Position numbers and translations under genes: made by a program. A stretch of DNA of 64,000 nt from Cellulomonadaceae bacterium (GTDB taxonomy: Bacteria; Actinomycetota; Actinomycetes; Actinomycetales; Microbacteriaceae): NCBI GenBank assembly GCA_038118225.1, contig JAYOHK010000004.1, forward strand, positions 4,773 to 68,772, in the 5' to 3' direction. The notes beneath the pieces were generated by a model, which had not been told where the DNA came from, did not search any database, and saw only the letters and a list, made by a program, of their open reading frames with translations. This document shows positions 18,489-26,568 of this stretch, in pieces (positions within the stretch are counted from its first letter, which is position 1; each line of letters starts with the position of its first letter).

Positions 18489-19871
18489 ATGTCAATTCCA
18501 CAGCTAGGACTTGTGCAAGACACCCCCGACGAATACTCCCGTCAAGGAGAGCGCACCCCGCCTCACGATCTTCTGGCCGAACAAAGCACCCTCGGGGGAA
18601 TGCTGCTGAGCAAAGACGCCGTTGCTGACGTCATCGAAGTGCTGAAGGGACGTGATTTCTACCACCCCAAGCACGAAATCATTTTCGACGCGATCTTGTC
18701 GCTGTATTCCCACGGTGAACCCACCGACGTCATCACAGTCTCTGATGAGCTGACCAAAACCGGAATGCTCCAGCGTGCTGGAGGCGTGGACTATCTCCAC
18801 ACCATTGTGTCGTTGGTTCCCACTGCAGCAAGTGCCGGCCACTACGCGAGCATCGTGAGCGAGAAGGCCGTGCTTCGTCGCCTCGTCGACGCAGGAACCC
18901 GCATCGCCAACATGGGTTACGCCAGCGAAGGTGAAGTCAACGAGCTGGTCAACATCGCCCAGACGGAGATTTACCAAGTCCACGGCGGGGCAGACTCCGA
19001 TGACTACGTCCCCGTCAACGAAGCGGTCACTGCGGCCGTGGATGAAATCGAAGCAGCAAAGGGCACCGGCGGAAAAATGCTCGGTGTTCCCTCGGGCTTC
19101 CGTGACCTCGACGAGCTCACCAACGGTTTTCACCGCGGTCAGCTGATTCTTGTTGCCGCCCGTCCTGCCTTGGGTAAGTCAACCTTGGCCTTGGACTTTG
19201 CGCGCTCCGCCTCAATCAAGCACTCGATGCCCACCATCTTCTTCTCCCTTGAAATGGGTCGCGCTGAAATTGCGATGCGACTGCTGTCGGCAGAAGCAGC
19301 AATTCCCCTGCAGAAAATGCGCAAGGGAACAATCGAACAGCGCGACTGGACCACCATCGCCCAGGTGCGTGGAGACATTGACGCAGCGCCGCTGTATATC
19401 GACGACAGCCCCAACATGACCCTGGTAGAAATTCGTGCCAAGTGCCGCAGGCTCAAGCAGCGCGTGGGTCTTCAAATGGTCGTCATCGACTATCTGCAGT
19501 TGATGACCTCCGGCAAGCGCGTTGAGTCTCGCCAACAAGAAGTGAGTGAGTTTTCTCGCTCGCTCAAGCTGTTGGCAAAAGAGCTTCAGGTACCAGTAAT
19601 CGCCCTGTCACAGCTCAACCGTGGTCCCGAGCAGCGCTCAGACCGCAAGCCACAGCTGAGCGACCTTCGTGAATCGGGTTCGTTGGAACAAGACGCCGAC
19701 GCAGTGATCTTGCTCCACCGCGAGTCCGCCTACGAAAAAGACAACCCCCGTGCCGGCGAAGCAGACTTCATTCTCGCCAAGCACCGTAACGGTCCCACCG
19801 GAACGGTCACCGTGGGATTCCAGGGCCACTATTCGCGCTTTGCGGATATGCCCCACGTCCCGCAGGTCTAG
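18489..19871 (+). CDS. dnaB: Replicative DNA helicase DnaB
   Basis: AARPALGKST, IDYLQLM, LRESGSLEQDAD, KHRNGPTG; no intein. Confidence 0.99.
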   Translation: MSIPQLGLVQDTPDEYSRQGERTPPHDLLAEQSTLGGMLLSKDAVADVIEVLKGRDFYHPKHEIIFDAILSLYSHGEPTDVITVSDELTKTGMLQRAGGVDYLHTIVSLVPTAASAGHYASIVSEKAVLRRLVDAGTRIANMGYASEGEVNELVNIAQTEIYQVHGGADSDDYVPVNEAVTAAVDEIEAAKGTGGKMLGVPSGFRDLDELTNGFHRGQLILVAARPALGKSTLALDFARSASIKHSMPTIFFSLEMGRAEIAMRLLSAEAAIPLQKMRKGTIEQRDWTTIAQVRGDIDAAPLYIDDSPNMTLVEIRAKCRRLKQRVGLQMVVIDYLQLMTSGKRVESRQQEVSEFSRSLKLLAKELQVPVIALSQLNRGPEQRSDRKPQLSDLRESGSLEQDADAVILLHRESAYEKDNPRAGEADFILAKHRNGPTGTVTVGFQGHYSRFADMPHVPQV

Positions 19872-21080
19872 TTAGACCCGGGGGATTCCGTAGAACTGGT
19901 CGATCTCGGCCATGTAGTCGGCGTAGGAAAGTGCGACTACTCGCGCACCGTCTTTATCGAAGCTCAGCACACCGGCATCGGCCAGGTTTGCCATGAGGTT
20001 GAGATGTCCGCCGATGTTGTGGTGAGAAAACGAGACACACCGCTCCAACACAATGCCAGTGCTGCCGGATTGATCGGTGCTTTGGTCTCGCTCGGCATCG
20101 AAGCGGACATCGTTTGCGGTGTAAGCAGTCTGGGATGCGAAGAACGTGGTTCCCGTGATCGATACCTGCACGTCTGGCACGTGGAGGAGATCCCAGGCAG
20201 CAAGAGGAACCATGTTGGTGCGATCCCAGGGCATGGGAAGAAGCCGCTTGTGGTGAAAAGAAACCCGTGAGTTCTTTACTCCCAACGCCATCCCGCTGTC
20301 GGTGCGGAAAGACAGATACGAGAACGGCTTGAGAAGCGATGCTTTGTGCTCGCGCACAAACCATTTGGTGGTCTTGCTGTTGGCATAGGCCAGGTCACAT
20401 CGACCAGACGCAATGTCAGAGCCTGGCCACGTCACAACTCCGGGCGCGATGACTCGAGCAACCACGGTCGTTGCCGGTACCTTTTTTGCTCGCGCGGGTG
20501 TGGGCGCTGGCCCCACAATCGATACCGAGCGTCCTTCGACAACACCTCTCCAGGACAAGTCCTCGCTCCACGCAGCAACACCGGCTTCGCCGTTGCTCCA
20601 CAGCCACAGGTAATGACCTGCGTCAGCCCAAAACTCATCCTCCGGTGTGACGCCTCGTTGGAAGGCACTTGTTGCCGCTTCGAGGTTTCTGGTGTGGACG
20701 GCTCCGACAAACGCTTGCTCGGGCTTCGGAGACTTAGCCAGTGTGGCCATTGCCTTTGCACCGAATGCGGAGGCAGCGGCAAAACAACCAGCTGCTTGGC
20801 CGATGCTTTCGACCAAGAACCATGCCTCGACCGACCGGGGCGAATAGCTCTGTGCGAGGGCACGCAGCGATGCGCTCGCATCTGCGTGGCTGAGCGAGTC
20901 ATCCATCCGACCGCAGATCACACCCTCCAGCACCGCAACAGCATCACGACCGATGTATCTGGCGTATGAAGAGAGGGCCGCGGTGACGGCCTTTTTGTCA
21001 CCGGCTTCAATTGACGCCTTGGCACGCTCGAGCAACTCTCGGCGTTTGACGCTCCGGTATCGCTCCAGCAGGTTCGCCAT
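19872..21080 (-). CDS. Hypothetical protein; helical N-domain plus divergent sialyltransferase-like (GT29/GT73-type fold) C-domain
   Basis: GRSVSIVGPAP..VVARV..RCDLAY..TNMVPLAAWDLL..ITGTTFF..HHN; clear paralog of 21080-22315. Confidence 0.55.
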   Translation of the reverse strand: MANLLERYRSVKRRELLERAKASIEAGDKKAVTAALSSYARYIGRDAVAVLEGVICGRMDDSLSHADASASLRALAQSYSPRSVEAWFLVESIGQAAGCFAAASAFGAKAMATLAKSPKPEQAFVGAVHTRNLEAATSAFQRGVTPEDEFWADAGHYLWLWSNGEAGVAAWSEDLSWRGVVEGRSVSIVGPAPTPARAKKVPATTVVARVIAPGVVTWPGSDIASGRCDLAYANSKTTKWFVREHKASLLKPFSYLSFRTDSGMALGVKNSRVSFHHKRLLPMPWDRTNMVPLAAWDLLHVPDVQVSITGTTFFASQTAYTANDVRFDAERDQSTDQSGSTGIVLERCVSFSHHNIGGHLNLMANLADAGVLSFDKDGARVVALSYADYMAEIDQFYGIPRV

Positions 21081-22315
21081 TAGAGGCGCTCTATTCCATA
21101 GAGCTCATCGAGCTCGGTCAAATAGTCCACGACGTTGAGGTCAATAACCCTTTTGCAGTCTTTATCGACCGTGATGGCGCCAGCTTGGGCGAGGTTTGCC
21201 ACCAGGGCCAGGTTTTCCGTCACGTTGTGGCGAGCAAAAGTGGGGCAGCGCTCGAAGAGTTCCCCGGTGCTTCCGGTTTCATCGGTGGGCTTTCCTAAGG
21301 TGTGTTTAAAACGACGGTTGGTGTCGGTGTAGGCCGTTTGCGAGGCAAAGAAGGTCGTTCCACCCAGCGTCAGCGAGGCACCTTCGACACTCAACACATC
21401 CCAGACCATCAGCGGAATCATGTTGGGCGAGGAACCACCAATCATCAACGAGGAGGGGTTGTGGCTGGCCCGGAAATTCTTGGAGCCAATCTCGCCCCAC
21501 TCTTGCGAGGAACGGTCCACCCTGAAACTCACAGTGTCAAAGCGGGAGAGTTGATCCCACGCGTTTGTTTCCTTGATCCACATCCTGGTTTCACGGCTTA
21601 CCCAGGCCAGCTCGCAGCGACCGCCGAGAGGGTCGCGTGTTTCATCCCAGGTCAAGACGTCTTGCATGGCCACGCGACCCACGAGTGACGACTTCTTCAG
21701 ATTCGAGGTGGTGAGCGAAGTGGGTGCAGGACCCATCACGACAACGTCGCGACCCGCAAGCTTTTCTGACCAGTCAGAGTCGCTGCTCCAGTGAGCTCGG
21801 CCCGCTGTTCCACGGCTCCACACCCACAGGTAGTGACCGGCGTCTTGGGCCTCCGCCGACTCATAGCCAGAAAGCTCATCCCACGCCTTAGTCGCTGCTG
21901 CCAGGTCGCGGCTGTGGAGGCCGCTGAGAAAGCGGTCTCGGGGGTCATCGCTTCGAGACAGCGCATCAAGGCCGTGGAGCGTGAATTCGTGTGACGCTCT
22001 AAAGCAACCAATCGTGCGAGAGAGGTTTTCGACGCTAAACCACGTCGTGGCCGGTTTCGATTGGTGAGCCATCGAGGCTGCGAGCGCAGTCAGCCTGGTT
22101 GAGGCTTCTTCGTGGCCCATCGAATTATCGACTCGACCGGCAATGATCAGGTAGAGCTCCTGGGCTTCAAACAGGCCCAAGCCGACTTGGGTGCGGGTAG
22201 TCAGAAGGACTTTTTGGATCTTTGAAGCGGAGCCTGCGCGCACGGCAGCCTTCACGCCGGTAATCAACACAGTGTGTGGATTTCTCCGACGAGGAAGTAA
22301 ACGCGACCAGCGCAT
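21080..22315 (-). CDS. Hypothetical protein; helical N-domain plus divergent sialyltransferase-like C-domain
   Basis: GRDVVVMGPAP..LVGRV..RCELAW..SPNMIPLMVWDVL..LGGTTFF..RHN; GGAGG SD; stop/start overlap with its paralog. Confidence 0.55.
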   Translation of the reverse strand: MRWSRLLPRRRNPHTVLITGVKAAVRAGSASKIQKVLLTTRTQVGLGLFEAQELYLIIAGRVDNSMGHEEASTRLTALAASMAHQSKPATTWFSVENLSRTIGCFRASHEFTLHGLDALSRSDDPRDRFLSGLHSRDLAAATKAWDELSGYESAEAQDAGHYLWVWSRGTAGRAHWSSDSDWSEKLAGRDVVVMGPAPTSLTTSNLKKSSLVGRVAMQDVLTWDETRDPLGGRCELAWVSRETRMWIKETNAWDQLSRFDTVSFRVDRSSQEWGEIGSKNFRASHNPSSLMIGGSSPNMIPLMVWDVLSVEGASLTLGGTTFFASQTAYTDTNRRFKHTLGKPTDETGSTGELFERCPTFARHNVTENLALVANLAQAGAITVDKDCKRVIDLNVVDYLTELDELYGIERL

Positions 22316-22351
22316 GTCGTCCTCCCCTAGGGCTCACGATAGATTGGACGT

Positions 22352-23080
22352 GTGCCGAATCCCCACGTCATTATTCCAGCACGCCTCGCATCAACGCGGT
22401 TCCCTCGCAAGGTTCTCGCCGATGTGGGGGGTAAGCCCATGGTCCAGCGCGTGTGGGAACAAGCCGTTGAGGCGGTAGGTGTTGACTACGCAATCGTCGC
22501 AACTGACTCTGACGAAATCGCCGATGTTGCCAAAGCCTTTGGCGCTCAGGTGCGAATGACGTCCGAAAAGGCCACCTGTGGAACAGAACGCGTCGCCGAG
22601 ATTGCCGCCGACTTGGACGCATCCTGTTTGGTAAATGTCCAAGCAGACGACCCGTTTGTCCCCGCGTCGCTCATCAACGATTCCATCGAAGCGTTTTTCG
22701 ACCGCGGCCTTGGAGTGTGTACCCCGATTTTCCGGTTGAGCATTGACGATGGACAAACCCCTCACATTGTCAAAGTGGCCCGCTCTTCCTCTGGCCGGGC
22801 TCTTTACTTCTCCCGGTCTGTCATTCCGTTCGACCGTGACGGTGTGACGGGTGAGCACCACCTGTGGGGCCACGTCGGTCTCTACGTCTACAGCCCAGAG
22901 GCAGTCGCCGCCTATCAGGGCTTTGGCGAGAGCGAATTGGAACAGCGAGAAAAACTCGAACAGCTTCGCTTCCTCGCAAACGACATCCCCGTCGCCACCT
23001 TCGTCACCGACTACACCCCTCACGCAGTGGATGTTCCAGAAGATCTCGAGCAGATGGTGAGGGCGATGAACCATGACTGA
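22352..23080 (+). CDS. kdsB: CMP-Kdo synthetase (3-deoxy-manno-octulosonate cytidylyltransferase)
   Basis: IPARLASTRFPRK, GTER, NVQADDP, LYFSRSVIP, HVGLY, LEQREKLEQLRFL. Confidence 0.95.
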   Translation: MPNPHVIIPARLASTRFPRKVLADVGGKPMVQRVWEQAVEAVGVDYAIVATDSDEIADVAKAFGAQVRMTSEKATCGTERVAEIAADLDASCLVNVQADDPFVPASLINDSIEAFFDRGLGVCTPIFRLSIDDGQTPHIVKVARSSSGRALYFSRSVIPFDRDGVTGEHHLWGHVGLYVYSPEAVAAYQGFGESELEQREKLEQLRFLANDIPVATFVTDYTPHAVDVPEDLEQMVRAMNHD

Positions 23081-24050
23081 TTCACTGGTCGAACGCGCTA
23101 AGGCGGTCCTCACCACTGAGCGAGACGGTCTTGACCAGGCCATTGAGCGCTCCGCCGAACAGGTGGCTCACGCGGCCAGGCTAATTCTGGATCGCGCCCC
23201 CAAAGACGTCATCATCACGGGTGTGGGAAAGTCAGGCCACGTCGCCCACAAACTTGCCGCCACCCTCACCAGCGTGGGAACGAGAACACACTTCTTGTGG
23301 ACCTCGGAGATGTTCCACGGCGACCTGGGGAGCGTCGATCACGCAGGAGTCGTGATCATCGTCTCCAAGAGCGGCTCGGGCCAAGACATCGCCCAGCTTG
23401 TCGACTTTGCCCGCGAGCGAGGAATTGCCCTGATTGGGCTCATTGGAGATCGACACTCGCCGATTGTCAACAAGCTCGACATGTTCATTGACGCGTCGGT
23501 TCACCAAGAAGCAGACCCGGAAGGCTTTGTTCCCACCACCTCCACCACGGTGGCGTTGGCATTGGGCGATGCGCTCGCAGTGTGTTTGATGGAGGCCAAA
23601 GGTTTCACGTCAATCGACTTTGCCGCCTTCCACCCCAACGGTGCCCTCGGCGCTCGTCTCAACCGCACTGTTCGCGACGTAATGGCCGGAACCAGCGAGG
23701 TTCCTGTGCTCGAGCCCACCCATTCAGTGCGCGACCTCGCGATTGCGATGAGCAAATACCCCACCGGTTTGGCGCTTGTATTGGGTACTGGAGGTCAACT
23801 ATCCGGAGTCGTCAGTGACGGTGACCTTCGTCGCGCACTCACTGAAGTAACTGACTTGTCCAACACTCAGGTCGCTCAAGTGATGACTACTGAGCCCACC
23901 ACCATTGGCCCCGACGTCCACCTGGCCCACGCCTTGTCGGTCATGGAAGGCCACACCCCTGGAGCCATTTCCGCCCTACCCGTTGTCGACAACAACGACG
24001 TGTTGGGTGTCATCACCATTCACCAACTACACCGAGAGATTCCCTCATGA
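23073..24050 (+). CDS. kdsD: Arabinose-5-phosphate isomerase KdsD/KpsF (SIS + 2 CBS)
   Basis: GVGKSG, HGDLG, PTTST, FHPNGALG, CBS pair with SDGDLRR. Confidence 0.94.
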   Translation: MTDSLVERAKAVLTTERDGLDQAIERSAEQVAHAARLILDRAPKDVIITGVGKSGHVAHKLAATLTSVGTRTHFLWTSEMFHGDLGSVDHAGVVIIVSKSGSGQDIAQLVDFARERGIALIGLIGDRHSPIVNKLDMFIDASVHQEADPEGFVPTTSTTVALALGDALAVCLMEAKGFTSIDFAAFHPNGALGARLNRTVRDVMAGTSEVPVLEPTHSVRDLAIAMSKYPTGLALVLGTGGQLSGVVSDGDLRRALTEVTDLSNTQVAQVMTTEPTTIGPDVHLAHALSVMEGHTPGAISALPVVDNNDVLGVITIHQLHREIPS

Positions 24051-24874
24051 TGCCCACTCGTGCACCGTCAATCCAGATCACCGATTCGATCACTCTCGGC
24101 GGCGACCGTCTGGTCATCTTTGCGGGACCCTGCTCGATCGAGACCGAAGACATCACCATGCAGGTAGCCGAGAGTGTGAAGAAGATGGGCGCCGACCTCG
24201 ATGTCGACGTTATTTTCAAAGCCTCGTACGACAAGGCAAACCGCACCTCAATTGGTTCCTACCGCTCCGCTGGAATGCAGGAGGGCCTTCGTATCCTCCA
24301 GCGCGTAAAAGACGAGCTGGGTATGCCGGTCATCACCGACGTGCACGAATCAACCCAGGTGCCCACGGTGGCCGAAGTGGCTGATGTGTTGCAGATTCCA
24401 GCATTCTTGTGCCGCCAGACTGACCTGCTGATTGCCGCAGGAGAATCTGGTCGAGCAGTGAACATCAAGAAGGGCCAGTTCATGGCTGCTCGCGACATGC
24501 GCTTTGCTGCCGAAAAGGTCCGCTCGGCAGGAGGCAAGAACGTCTTCCTCACTGAGCGTGGAACCACCTTCGGCTACCACGACCTTGTTGTCGACATGCG
24601 CTCGTTCCCGATCATGCGCGAGTTTGCTCCCGTGGTTCACGACGTCACTCACAGCATCCAGCAGCCAGGTGCTGCTGATGGTTCCTCCGGCGGCGCCCGC
24701 TGGCTCGCCGCTCCGCTGGCCAAGAGTGCTGTGGCCATTGGTGTGGATGGATTGTTCCTGGAGACCCACCCTGATCCCGACAACGCATTGTCGGATGGCC
24801 CGAACATGATTCCGACTGCCGAACTGCCAGCCGTGATCGCCAAGTTGAAGGCCATCTGGGAAGTAGCCAAGTGA
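24047..24874 (+). CDS. kdsA: Kdo-8-phosphate synthase (metal-dependent type)
   Basis: AGPCSIE, KASYDKANRTS, QIPAFLCRQTDL, NIKKGQF, DVTHS, FLETHP..SDG. Confidence 0.97.
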   Translation: MMPTRAPSIQITDSITLGGDRLVIFAGPCSIETEDITMQVAESVKKMGADLDVDVIFKASYDKANRTSIGSYRSAGMQEGLRILQRVKDELGMPVITDVHESTQVPTVAEVADVLQIPAFLCRQTDLLIAAGESGRAVNIKKGQFMAARDMRFAAEKVRSAGGKNVFLTERGTTFGYHDLVVDMRSFPIMREFAPVVHDVTHSIQQPGAADGSSGGARWLAAPLAKSAVAIGVDGLFLETHPDPDNALSDGPNMIPTAELPAVIAKLKAIWEVAK

Positions 24875-25374
24875 CCTCACTGAGCGCCGGCGAGGCACAG
24901 GCGGTCAAACTGATCGCGCTCGATATCGATGGCGTGCTCTCTGATGGCACGGTGTCGATGGATACCGAAGGTAAAGAGCGTCGTGTCTTTGACATCAAAG
25001 ACGGCCTCGGAGTGGTGCGCCTGGTGAAGTCAGGTCGCCAGGTTGTGGTGATTTCATCGTCTGCCTCGACCGCGGGTATTTCACGGCTTGAGCGTTTGGG
25101 CATTAATCCCGTTCACACCGGGGTGGGCAACAAATTAGATGTGTTGACCGAACTCGTCCACGCTGCCGGAATCGAGTGGTCGGAAGTGGCCTACATGGGC
25201 GATGATCTCCCTGACCTCGACTGCCTTGCGGCAGTAGGGGTGTCCTGCGCACCGGCCGACGCGGTGGCTGCGGTCAAGAAAGCAGCACGCTATGTCACCA
25301 ACGCTCTCGGGGGACGAGGAGCAGTGCGCGAGCTCTCCGATCTCATCGTCGATGGCGTGTGGCCCGAAGGATGA
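24871..25374 (+). CDS. kdsC: Kdo-8-phosphate phosphatase (C0 HAD)
   Basis: DIDGVLSDG, KDGLG, GDDLPD, GGRGAVRE. Confidence 0.93.
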   Translation: MTSLSAGEAQAVKLIALDIDGVLSDGTVSMDTEGKERRVFDIKDGLGVVRLVKSGRQVVVISSSASTAGISRLERLGINPVHTGVGNKLDVLTELVHAAGIEWSEVAYMGDDLPDLDCLAAVGVSCAPADAVAAVKKAARYVTNALGGRGAVRELSDLIVDGVWPEG

Positions 25375-25381
25375 ATACCCG

Positions 25382-25945
25382 GTGAGAGATTTTCCCTGGC
25401 GCGACAAAACCATTTCCCTGGTGGGAAATGCGTCGAGCCTGTGGGAAGGAAACTTCGGGCCTCAGATCGACGAGGCCGAATGTGTGATCCGGATCAACCA
25501 GGGGGCGTTCATCGAGCTTTATCCCCAATCAACTGGCGTGCGCACTGATGCGCTGTTGATGTCGCTCAATGGCAACTCGGTTGAGAAGGCATGGATGTAT
25601 TCCAGGGCGAGGCGTCGGGCGAAGACGGTTGTCGCCATGACGCCAAAGGATCGAAAATTCCTCGGCCTGGACCTCGCCTCACTCATCCCGGTCTACCCCG
25701 AGCAGTGGCATCGCGAACTCCACGAGCTCATGGGCGCTCGGCCATCGACGGGAGCAATGGCAGTGGACCTGCTTCGTCGCACGGTCAGTGACCCTGGACA
25801 AATCAGTATTTTCGGGTTTGATTTTTGGGGCTCACCCACGACCTATACCGGCAAGATCAAAGCGGCACCACACGATCCCGAGGCCGAAGAAAACTTCGTC
25901 CGAGGTGCGGTCAACACGGGCAAAGTGTTCCAGGTGGGCCGCTGA
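25382..25945 (+). CDS. GT29 (sialyltransferase-motif) family glycosyltransferase 1
   Basis: Sialylmotif-L-like LVGNASSL..IDEAECVIRIN..GVRTD; S-like PSTGAMAVD..IFGF; VS HDPEAE (HxxxxE); GTG at 25382 with GAAGGA SD preferred over track start 25292. Confidence 0.82.
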   Translation: MRDFPWRDKTISLVGNASSLWEGNFGPQIDEAECVIRINQGAFIELYPQSTGVRTDALLMSLNGNSVEKAWMYSRARRRAKTVVAMTPKDRKFLGLDLASLIPVYPEQWHRELHELMGARPSTGAMAVDLLRRTVSDPGQISIFGFDFWGSPTTYTGKIKAAPHDPEAEENFVRGAVNTGKVFQVGR

Positions 25946-26526
25946 TGGCGAGTGAGCAGAGATTTCCTTGGGCCGACGCACGCGTGGCGTTGGTGGGAAG
26001 CGCGCAGTCTCTTGAAAATTCCGACTTTGGCCCGGCCATCGATGCCCACGACTTAGTGATTCGCATCAACCAGGGGGCATTTGCGAACCTTCAGCCTCAC
26101 AACACTGGTGTGCGCACGGACTATTTGTTTATGACGTTGACCGGTGGAACAAATTCCGCCAAGTGGAGTTTCATTCGCCGGGGCCAGAAGGCAGCCAAAA
26201 AGGGCGTTGTCTTGATGTCATCGAAGGGCCGCACCCTCTTTCGCATCGACGTGACGCCGTTTTTTCTCCACTATCCAGCCGCCTGGCACGAAGAGCTCAT
26301 CAAAGAGCTTGGCCACCGACCCTCCACCGGCGCCATGGCCGTTGACTTGTTGACGAGGACGATGAGCACCCCAGACACCCTCGATGTGTATGGCTTTGAC
26401 TTTTTTAAGACTCCAGACATTGCCCATGGGCGCAACAACGTAGTCGCCCACGATCCAGGTGTGGAAGAGGATTACATTCGCAGAATCATCCCGGCACACC
26501 GTTTTCACGAGTCACCTCAGGCATAG
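25945..26526 (+). CDS. GT29 (sialyltransferase-motif) family glycosyltransferase 2
   Basis: LVGSAQSL..IDAHDLVIRIN..GVRTD; PSTGAMAVD..VYGF; HDPGVE; TGATG coupling to the upstream paralog. Confidence 0.82.
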   Translation: MASEQRFPWADARVALVGSAQSLENSDFGPAIDAHDLVIRINQGAFANLQPHNTGVRTDYLFMTLTGGTNSAKWSFIRRGQKAAKKGVVLMSSKGRTLFRIDVTPFFLHYPAAWHEELIKELGHRPSTGAMAVDLLTRTMSTPDTLDVYGFDFFKTPDIAHGRNNVVAHDPGVEEDYIRRIIPAHRFHESPQA

Positions 26527-26568
26527 GCCAACCCGGTAGCCTAAACCGTCGCTATTTAACAAAGGGGA

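Noticed and set aside
18489-19871. Intein in DnaB
   Set aside because: Normal length (460 aa) with contiguous motifs
24047-24874. KdsA as a DAHP synthase
   Set aside because: Has KANRT (KdsA-type) rather than KPRT/S and sits with kdsB, kdsC and kdsD
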